From the NCBI GenBank assembly GCA_043810925.1, contig JBDRNT010000021.1, positions 1 to 20,385 of the forward strand: DNA of 20,385 nt. Reading direction: 5' to 3'. The notes beneath the pieces are model-generated. The model was not told the origin of the DNA. It saw only the letters and a list, made by a program, of their open reading frames with translations, and made no database searches. The stretch comes from Candidatus Eiseniibacteriota bacterium. GTDB lineage: Bacteria; Arandabacterota; Arandabacteria; Arandabacterales; Arandabacteraceae. The position numbers and the translations under genes are program-made. Positions within the stretch are counted from its first letter, which is position 1. Every line of letters starts with the position of its first letter. Shown here in pieces: positions 8,991-15,838 of the stretch.

Positions 8991-10034
8991 ATGGGACGCA
9001 TGGTATTGGTATCTGCATTAGCGATTGTTCTCCTCGCATCGGTATGTATGGCCAGAACCTGGTACATCACACCCGACGGCTTTGGAGACCTTCCCACGAT
9101 TCAGGCGGCGGTGGATTCCGCGGCGGAGGGGGACACGCTACTCCTTGCTGACGGCACCTACCGAGGGCCGGGGAACCGCGATGTGACCGTAGACAAGCGC
9201 CTGATAATAAGATCGGAAAGCGATGACCCCGAAGCCTGCATAATCAACTGTGAGGGGAGTTCGGCCTCTCCCCACCGGGCATTCTACATCCCGTTCGGAA
9301 CCGGCCTCCACAGCGAGTTATCGGGTGTATCGGTAGTGAACGGTTGGGATCCCTCATGGGGCGGGGCGGTCCATATTCATGGCCCCGGTGCGGATATTAG
9401 AAACTGCATTTTCCGCGACAATTACGCTGATATGGGTGGGGCGGTCTGGGTCGAGGACTATCGTGGAGGTCCGAGCCTCATCTCAGAGTGCGCCTTTATA
9501 GGCAATTCTGCGGGTTCGGGAGGCGCAGTCTTCGCGAACTACTGGCCAACGCACCTTATAATAGAACGCTCCCTGTTCGCGCGGAACTCGGCCTTTACTG
9601 GCACCATTGTGATAGAGGCCGAGAGATTTCCGGAAATCGTCGTGGAGATAAACAACTGCACCATGGTTGATAACTCTGGCTGGTACTCGGCTGTGTGGAA
9701 CAAGACCTTCGACACATATTGCTGTGTTATCAGGAATTCCATCATCGCCTACGGTACCGGAGAATACCAACCGGTCCTGGACTGCCGTGTACAGTGCTCG
9801 GCTTTCTATGAGAACCAGCCCTACCCCGATTGGCTGCCGGCTGGTGATGGGAACTTCTCGGCTGACCCCCTCTTCTGTGATACTCTGAGTGGTGACTTCC
9901 ATCTTGATTGCAGATCACCCTGTGCGCCTGCTCAACAACCTGAATGTGGCTTGATAGGTGCCTGGGACGTAGGTTGTGGCCCATCTCAGACTGAGCCCAC
10001 AAGCTGGGGCAGAATCAAGTCGATGTACAGGTAA
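8991..10034 (+). CDS. Secreted right-handed parallel beta-helix protein, paralogue of 7781-8809
   Basis: Signal peptide; PTIQAAVD..GDTLLLADGTYRGPGN; GGAV/FxxN repeats; GNFSADPLFCD...SPC...IGAWDVGC; ends SWGRIKSMYR. Confidence 0.82.
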   Translation: MGRMVLVSALAIVLLASVCMARTWYITPDGFGDLPTIQAAVDSAAEGDTLLLADGTYRGPGNRDVTVDKRLIIRSESDDPEACIINCEGSSASPHRAFYIPFGTGLHSELSGVSVVNGWDPSWGGAVHIHGPGADIRNCIFRDNYADMGGAVWVEDYRGGPSLISECAFIGNSAGSGGAVFANYWPTHLIIERSLFARNSAFTGTIVIEAERFPEIVVEINNCTMVDNSGWYSAVWNKTFDTYCCVIRNSIIAYGTGEYQPVLDCRVQCSAFYENQPYPDWLPAGDGNFSADPLFCDTLSGDFHLDCRSPCAPAQQPECGLIGAWDVGCGPSQTEPTSWGRIKSMYR

Positions 10035-10043
10035 AAAGCCGAG

Positions 10044-10146
10044 TCATGCCAGATTAGTCACCATCTGTGCCATCCTGGCGCATTCCTGACTCATCAGAAA
10101 GTTGCGATACTCGTCCCGTATGGCCCGCCATTGAATCTTGGCGAGC
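10044..10146 (+). repeat. att-like element copy R3 (core 10113-10130, variant type)
   Basis: Minus strand reads WRAIRDEYRNFLMSQECARMAQMVTNLA*; right flank TTGAATCTTGGCGAGC. Confidence 0.95.
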
Positions 10147-10276
10147 CCGATATCCCTGTATAACCTCAGACTCCCGAAGCAGCATATAGCACATAACGGC
10201 TCTCACTAGGGTGAGGACCTCATCATGATGAGGATGTCATTCGGGCTTTGGTATAAGTAGAAGCGTGGTCTCCATG

Positions 10277-11572
10277 TCAGCCCTCAGCGAAGTAGCCTGG
10301 ATTAAGGACTCTGCCCACGAAAAGAATCGTATTCGTGTAGCGTTCGCGAATCACGAACATGAAAGGATGGTCGACCTTGATCGTGAAAGATGAACACTCC
10401 GGCGGAACGCTTGTCGGTCCACATTCAACTTCCGTTACTGCAGCAGCCTCGGTGCCGACCTCATTAACCCTGACATAGGTCTTATGACGAACGGCCGTGA
10501 TCTGGAGTGCCATGCTGCGACACATCTCTGAGAAGTCAGCATCCCCGAAGGCCTCTCCCATGCCAAGAGCAGTCAGCACATCATTCATCACCAAATTGTA
10601 TTTCAGCTCGAATCTCGGCATGAGGAGTACTCCCCTGCAGGTATGAAAGCTGCTTGTCAGGCTGTCCCAGCGGTCGGGATTGAGCCACGATATTATCTCA
10701 TCAACATCCTGCCCATGACGCGGCAAGAGCAGCGTCATGGTGAACAGACTATCACCGTAGGGCAGATCAACGGCCTGGAAGTGATCGTTAAGCACCACAC
10801 TGTAATCAGCGAGGAGTTCCGTGACATCGGATGGTGGAGGAAACTGTGGTCTGGACATCATCCTGCAAGGTGTTTTCGGTTCATTCGGTGGATGAAACCA
10901 ATCGTCCTTGGTATCCGCGGGATCAAACTGATACTGCCAGTTACCGAGGAAGTAGATCGCATTGACAAGGATTATCATTGTCGCAGGGTCAATGGGCTTC
11001 GGGACAATCTCTGTGATCTTGCCATGAGTCTTCTCATCAACCCATCCATTGATGATGTCTGATGCGTCAGGCTGGTCGAAGTCAAGGCTGCTTACCTCGG
11101 CATCGAAACACGTCCGGCAGGCTTCGAGAAACGGCGCTTCGAATATCACTCCGCTCCTGCCCCAGATGGAATTCGCGATCTCGAATAGCACTTCGGGATC
11201 CAGGCCTGTCAGAAGATCGATCAGGTCCCTGTAACATTGATCTGCACTCTCCGTGCTATACCCCGGAAATCCAAGTGTCATAAGCATGGAATCAAGGGTT
11301 GATCCGCCAGCCCCATTCATGGTCATACCAAGTGCCATGGAAACGCTTAAGGGGGATATGAAGATGTTACTATCGGATTGCGCCTTCACAATCTCCTTGA
11401 AAAGCCTGAAGGCGAAGTCATTATTAGCGGAGACCAGTATCTCCTGAGAGAGAGGATCACCACTGTGCTCTTCGTCACTCTGTGGACACAGAGAGTCCCG
11501 CCCGCAGCCCGCAAGGGCGATCAACATGAATACCGAGAAAAACAGACCGAAGGTCCTAATTCCTCTTCCCAT
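10277..11572 (-). CDS. Serpin (serine protease inhibitor) lipoprotein
   Basis: Lipobox LAGC; NNDFAFRLF, NIFISPLSVSMALGM, INGWVDEKTHGKI, LVNAIYFLGNW, hinge EVGTEAAAVT and DHPFMFVIRE...ILFVGRV. Confidence 0.96.
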   Translation of the reverse strand: MGRGIRTFGLFFSVFMLIALAGCGRDSLCPQSDEEHSGDPLSQEILVSANNDFAFRLFKEIVKAQSDSNIFISPLSVSMALGMTMNGAGGSTLDSMLMTLGFPGYSTESADQCYRDLIDLLTGLDPEVLFEIANSIWGRSGVIFEAPFLEACRTCFDAEVSSLDFDQPDASDIINGWVDEKTHGKITEIVPKPIDPATMIILVNAIYFLGNWQYQFDPADTKDDWFHPPNEPKTPCRMMSRPQFPPPSDVTELLADYSVVLNDHFQAVDLPYGDSLFTMTLLLPRHGQDVDEIISWLNPDRWDSLTSSFHTCRGVLLMPRFELKYNLVMNDVLTALGMGEAFGDADFSEMCRSMALQITAVRHKTYVRVNEVGTEAAAVTEVECGPTSVPPECSSFTIKVDHPFMFVIRERYTNTILFVGRVLNPGYFAEG

Positions 11573-11666
11573 ACCGCAGCCCCCAATGCCTGCAGCCGAG
11601 GATCCAAGCGTTCCTCTGACTCCGAGCTGAGCTTACCATGCTAACGTGAGTACTGCAAGGGAAGAA

Positions 11667-11767
11667 TCACGTAGCGACGGCGACCATGCGGGCCGTCTCC
11701 AGACACTCCTCAGACCTCAGAAAGTTCCGATACTCGTCCCGTATGGCCCGCCACTGACTTTCCCGTC
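11667..11767 (+). repeat. att-like element copy R4 (core 11736-11753, variant type)
   Basis: Left arm diverged in DNA but the minus strand still reads WRAIRDEYRNFLRSEECLETARMVAVAT*; right flank CTGACTTTCCCGTC is identical to R2. Confidence 0.92.
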
Positions 11768-11997
11768 TGTTTTCGACATTACTTATCGATGCTTCTCCGC
11801 ATGTGACGATTATCTCGCTTGGAAGTCCCGCCGAACCAGTAAGGAGGTCCCCGCTGAAGGCTGGAAATTAAACCATGTTGACATACAGGACAGAATGGAG
11901 GAGCATACAGCCTGTGCGAAAGCGGAAGCCGTGCTTAATGTGGTTAACCGGATCAACATAAGTACCAGTTAGCTGCTTGAGGAAAAGGAGTCCGTGA

Positions 11998-13161
11998 ATG
12001 AGGACGCACGTCAAAGCTAATCAATTCAGCGTGGCAATGCGGATCGCGTTGCCCCTTCTAATCTCATCGGCCATGGCTTGCGCGGCATCGTCCTCTATGT
12101 CGAGCCGTCCGACGGGGCGCGCGTTCACGGAAGCCGATGCGCTCTTCCGCCGGGACCCGAGCTGGCTCGGTGCCGATGCCGCACTTTCGGTTCCACTCGG
12201 CAACGGTCGCACACTCTGGCTCTTTGGTGACACATTCGTCGCCAAGTCGAATGCCCATGTGCGCTCAGAGTCCCCAATGGTAAGGAACACGGTCGCGATC
12301 CAGACGGGGGAGGATCTGCGCACTGCCTCGATCACGTTCCACTGGGGGCGGAAGAGTGATGGCTCGCCGGCATCGTTTTTTCCAAAGCGCGGGCAGTACT
12401 GGTATTGGCCTGGGCACGGGATTCGGCTCGATGAAGGGCCGCTGGTCATCTTTCTATACGCGATGGTCGAGACACCAGGCCAGGGTCTTGGCTTTGCGAG
12501 CGCGGGCTACGCCATCGCCGTGATCAACGATCCAGATGCATCGGTGGAAACATGGAACCCGCGCATTGTCGATGTCGCTCCGAGCAGCTTCGATGCCATT
12601 CCTGCGACGGCGGTGATCCAGGACGGCGCGTACATCGTTGCTGTTGGCATCCGCCAAGAAGGAACGCACGCTGGCGCGCTCGTTCGCTACCCGACGCACC
12701 TGCTGGCACAGGGTGATGTCGACAGCGCTGAATGGTGGGCGGGTGATGAGCGCGGGTGGGTCCCGGAATCCTCACTCGGCGAAGGTGGTCCGGCGTTCGT
12801 TATGGACGACGCGGGAAGCGAATGCTCGCTCCACTGGGATGAGCGCTCGGGATCATTCATCCACGTTGCGAGCTACGGCTTTGGCGCGTCGACGATCGGG
12901 CTGCGTACTGCACCTGCGCTCACAGGCCCCTGGAGTCACCCGGTCGTCGTCTACCGTCCGCCCGAGTCGGATGGTCCGCAACCATTCGTGTACGCGGCGA
13001 AGGCTCACCCGGAGCTGGTCGGCCCAGACGCCGCCGACCTCGTCGTGACGTACGCCACGAACAGTTTCGAGTTCGGGGATCTGTTTACGGAAGAAGGCGC
13101 GCGTTCTCTATACTGGCCGCGAGTCGTCCTCGTGCGGGTAGGAAAGGGAGGTGTGTGGTAG
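11998..13161 (+). CDS. Exported DUF4185/DUF5005-like protein (probable beta-propeller, possibly carbohydrate-active)
   Basis: AAGGAG RBS; hydrophobic N-region with Cys; WLGAD...GRTLWLFGDTF, APALTGPWS, YAAKAHPEL and YWPR motifs recalled from this family. Confidence 0.7.
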   Translation: MRTHVKANQFSVAMRIALPLLISSAMACAASSSMSSRPTGRAFTEADALFRRDPSWLGADAALSVPLGNGRTLWLFGDTFVAKSNAHVRSESPMVRNTVAIQTGEDLRTASITFHWGRKSDGSPASFFPKRGQYWYWPGHGIRLDEGPLVIFLYAMVETPGQGLGFASAGYAIAVINDPDASVETWNPRIVDVAPSSFDAIPATAVIQDGAYIVAVGIRQEGTHAGALVRYPTHLLAQGDVDSAEWWAGDERGWVPESSLGEGGPAFVMDDAGSECSLHWDERSGSFIHVASYGFGASTIGLRTAPALTGPWSHPVVVYRPPESDGPQPFVYAAKAHPELVGPDAADLVVTYATNSFEFGDLFTEEGARSLYWPRVVLVRVGKGGVW

Positions 13162-13169
13162 GTGGAAGC

Positions 13170-13228
13170 AGCTATCAAGGGCACGCGGTGGACACGCTGA
13201 CGATCGCCGATGATGCACAACGTTAGCC
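13170..13228 (+). other. Degenerate integron attC site (59-base element)
   Basis: Starts 8 nt after the stop. R''-like AGCTATC to R'-like GTTAGCC spans 59 nt. AAGCAGCTATC (13166-13176) matches the reverse complement of GTTAGCTGCTT (11968-11978) at 10/11. Confidence 0.65.
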
Positions 13229-13259
13229 TCAGCAGGTCAACAAGGCCAAGTCTGTATTC

Positions 13260-13362
13260 TCAAGTTAGATTAGCCACCAAATGTGTCACTTTGACACACT
13301 CCTGGCTTAATAGAAAGTTCCGATACTCGTCCCGTATGGCCCGCCATTGAATCTCAGCGAGC
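13260..13362 (+). repeat. att-like element copy R5 (core 13329-13346, variant type)
   Basis: Minus strand reads WRAIRDEYRNFLLSQECVKVTHLVANLT*; right flank TTGAATCTCAGCGAGC (14/16 to R3). Confidence 0.95.
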
Positions 13363-13531
13363 TCAATGCATAGGTCATAGATCCAATCCTCTTCAGCTGC
13401 GCCAAGACCAGCATCCCAATGCGGGAAGTCTCCCAGCCTTGAACATGCACTCATATTTGGTGTAGTCCCATACAGTGGACGCGAGAACATGCAATGACGT
13501 ACGCGAATAGCTGCAGGCCATAGTACGAGGG

Positions 13532-13740
13532 ACTGACAGTGATGAAGGCGGGGCCCATTGATGTCCTCCGACGGACGGTGGATTGCTTTCGCTCGGAGTA
13601 ATGAACTTCTGCTCCTGGACATATCCTTCTATCAAGAGACCCCCATAACGTGCATGAACAGTGCGTGTTCTGACTCACTCGCGTGGATCGTCTGGATTAG
13701 CCAATGGATCTCCTTGTCTTCCCAGAGAAGATCCTACTGA
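13532..13740 (+). pseudogene. Possible decayed TolB/PD40 beta-propeller fragment
   Basis: SSDGRWIAFARSNELLLLD resembles the PD40 motif SPDGxxIAF; TDSDEGGP lies just upstream in a shifted frame; no intact ORF. Confidence 0.4.
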
Positions 13741-13963
13741 CCCTGAGTGCAGTCTCATCGGCGCGTGGGGAAAAGCGTGTGGTTCCAGGCAAGATACCGA
13801 GTAGAGACGCGCGAAACGGCCAGAACAGGCTTTGAGGCCCGTACAGAACTCAAGCGCTTCGCTGTGCGTGATTGATGTGAAATTGCACACTTGGGTGAAC
13901 CGGAGATTTCAATAATTCCCGGCGTGGCGCTGAGGGCAGACGAGCAGTACTGGTACAATATGC

Positions 13964-13992
13964 TTGACACTCAGGCGTGTCTGGACCATGAT
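13964..13992 (+). promoter_or_regulatory. Sigma70-type promoter candidate for the unit 6 gene cluster
   Basis: TTGACA, 17 nt, CATGAT; AGGAGGAGG RBS before ATG 14048. Confidence 0.5.
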
Positions 13993-14047
13993 CGCATCCT
14001 GCAATGCTAAGCCTGTTGACAGCATCAGGCAATAGGAGGAGGACAAG

Positions 14048-14542
14048 ATGAAGAGTACTCGATTGATTCTGATTGGAGCTGCAATGGCGATAGCCCTGGG
14101 TCCCGTTCTTGCTCTGGCCGGTCCAGACACCGACATCGGCTTCCGCGGCTGGGGCCCGCGGGTAGGATTGTCGCTCGACCCCGACCAGGTCCACTTCGGC
14201 GCTCACCTCGATTTCGGCAACTTCGCCCGGCACGTCCGCTTTCAACCCAACGTGGAGTTGGGCTTCGGGGATGACATGAAGATCTTTACTGTCAACGCTG
14301 AGGCAGCGTATCGCTTCCGCTCACAATGGGACGTCTGGACTCCGTACCTCGGCGGTGGTCTTGGCGCGAACATCAAGAGCTTCGACAACGTGGGAAACAA
14401 CAACTCGCAGACCGACCTAGGCGTCAACCTGCTCGGCGGGATCGAGAGAGGGCTCTCAAACGGTGACCGTTTCTTCATCGAGGGCAAGTTCAGCCTGAAC
14501 GACGTGCCAGACGCCAAGGTCACGGTCGGCTGGACGTTCTAA
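14048..14542 (+). CDS. Small outer-membrane beta-barrel protein
   Basis: Signal peptide, alternating amphipathic strands, PYLGGGLG and terminal aromatic VTVGWTF. Confidence 0.85.
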   Translation: MKSTRLILIGAAMAIALGPVLALAGPDTDIGFRGWGPRVGLSLDPDQVHFGAHLDFGNFARHVRFQPNVELGFGDDMKIFTVNAEAAYRFRSQWDVWTPYLGGGLGANIKSFDNVGNNNSQTDLGVNLLGGIERGLSNGDRFFIEGKFSLNDVPDAKVTVGWTF

Positions 14543-14559
14543 CACTAGCCATGGGGCAA

Positions 14560-14596
14560 AGAGGGGCGCCGTCGGTTGGCACCGCCCCTCTCGTTT
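14560..14596 (+). terminator. Possible intrinsic terminator or processing hairpin
   Basis: AGAGGGGCG (14560-14568) pairs with CGCCCCTCT (14583-14591); weak U-tract CGTTT. Confidence 0.45.
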
Positions 14597-14622
14597 CCCG
14601 GTAGTACAAGAGGAGGTTTCAT

Positions 14623-14772
14623 ATGTTGTGGGCGATCGCAGTCGTATTCATCGTTCTATGGCTGCTCGGCCTTGTTACGTCCTTCACGATGCACGGCTTC
14701 ATCCATATTCTGCTTGTGATCGCCGTGATTGCTGTGCTGGTCCGCATCATTCAAGGGCGAAGGGTGCTGTAG
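14623..14772 (+). CDS. lmo0937-family small membrane protein (49 aa; absent from the ORF track)
   Basis: AGGAGG RBS; translates as MLWAIAVVFIVLWLLGLVTSFTMHGFIHILLVIAVIAVLVRIIQGRRVL, matching the family pattern LWLLG...GxIHILLVxA. Confidence 0.88.
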   Translation: MLWAIAVVFIVLWLLGLVTSFTMHGFIHILLVIAVIAVLVRIIQGRRVL

Positions 14773-14828
14773 ACGGGGCTTCGGCCAGAAGAAGCCTGGG
14801 ACATAAACTTTATGGAGGAGTGTTTGAC

Positions 14829-15461
14829 ATGTGGATCATTCGAGGCATTCTTGTTGCAGTTCTAAGTCTGTGCTTTGTGCTGCCGGCTGCAGCTCAGTAC
14901 ATCGGCGTCATGCAGTCCGCCGAGACGGTGGACAAGGGCACGTTCAAACTCATGGTTGGCCCGGTCCTGGCATTCGGCGAGAACGGAGCAGATAACGAGT
15001 TCGGGATCGCGGCCCGTGGCGGGTACGGATTCACCGACCGCTTCGACGCCGAAGCCAATCTGGGCTTCTTTGAGAATAGCACCTTTGTCGGCGCGGATGG
15101 CGAGTTGTGGATTCTGAAGGGTCAGGAAAAGTATACCGGCCTGGATTTCTCGTTGGCGGGAGGCGTCCACTGGATGCTCGGTAAAGACAATCATTTCGAC
15201 ACCATGGGATTCGAGCTCACACCGCTGTTCAGCGGGCATGTGAACAAGAGCCTGGAGCTGTACGGCGCTCTGGATGTCTCGTTCGAGTCGATCAAGGATA
15301 CCCCGCCGGGGTTCGACGACACGTTCACGAGATTGCACCTCGTGCCCGGAATCGAGTACCGCCTGTCTGACAAAGCGGACCTGGTTGGCGAGATCGGTAT
15401 CGGGCTCAACGACGACTCGTTTTCCTATGTGGGGGGTGGCATCGCTTTCTACCTGCGCTGA
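14829..15461 (+). CDS. Outer-membrane beta-barrel protein
   Basis: GGAGGAG RBS before ATG 14829; signal peptide ending PAAAQ; amphipathic strands; C-terminal GGGIAFYLR. Confidence 0.8.
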   Translation: MWIIRGILVAVLSLCFVLPAAAQYIGVMQSAETVDKGTFKLMVGPVLAFGENGADNEFGIAARGGYGFTDRFDAEANLGFFENSTFVGADGELWILKGQEKYTGLDFSLAGGVHWMLGKDNHFDTMGFELTPLFSGHVNKSLELYGALDVSFESIKDTPPGFDDTFTRLHLVPGIEYRLSDKADLVGEIGIGLNDDSFSYVGGGIAFYLR

Positions 15462-15560
15462 CGGGGAGTGGTCTGGTCATCGCCCTTGCTGTCTGGTGGC
15501 TCCGGCCGACTCCGGCCGGGGTACCGGCAGGCGGGCATAGATTAGGAAAGGGCAAGTGAA

Positions 15561-15773
15561 ATGAGAATCTTTGGAATCGTACTCGTGGTCCTAGGAGTTA
15601 TCGCGCTGGTCTACGGCGGAATCAGCTACAACAAGAACCGGACGGTCCTCCAGATGGGTGATATGACCGTTACCGCCACGGAGCATAAGAGCATTACGGT
15701 CCCGGCAGTCGTCGGTGTGGTTATGCTGATCGGCGGCGGCGCACTTCTGGTGGTCGGCAAGCGCCGTTCCTAG
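15561..15773 (+). CDS. Small two-TM membrane protein (DUF3185-like)
   Basis: 70 aa; two hydrophobic helices flanking a short soluble beta-rich loop. Confidence 0.8.
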   Translation: MRIFGIVLVVLGVIALVYGGISYNKNRTVLQMGDMTVTATEHKSITVPAVVGVVMLIGGGALLVVGKRRS

Positions 15774-15838
15774 CCCGATTCGCGGACTTGGAGATGTCTC
15801 GCTGGCAATTGCATTCGTTCAAGACGGGTGGACACGGT

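Noticed and set aside
7781-10034. Diversity-generating retroelement (TR/VR) explanation for the paralogues
   Set aside because: No reverse transcriptase and no near-identical repeat pair differing only at adenines.
11646-11972. 108-aa ORF or an intI fragment upstream of the attI-like site
   Set aside because: The ORF runs across repeat R4 with no recognisable family; the minus-strand frames I translated show no IntI N-terminal motif.
13260-13622. Minus-strand ORFs 13260-13622 and 7600-7872 as complete genes
   Set aside because: Only their last ~30 codons are homologous (the repeat tail); the upstream parts are unrelated, and 7600-7872 overlaps a real gene.
14628-14828. N-terminal extension of the 277-aa ORF
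   Set aside because: It overlaps the lmo0937-family gene in another frame; the RBS and signal peptide support ATG 14829.
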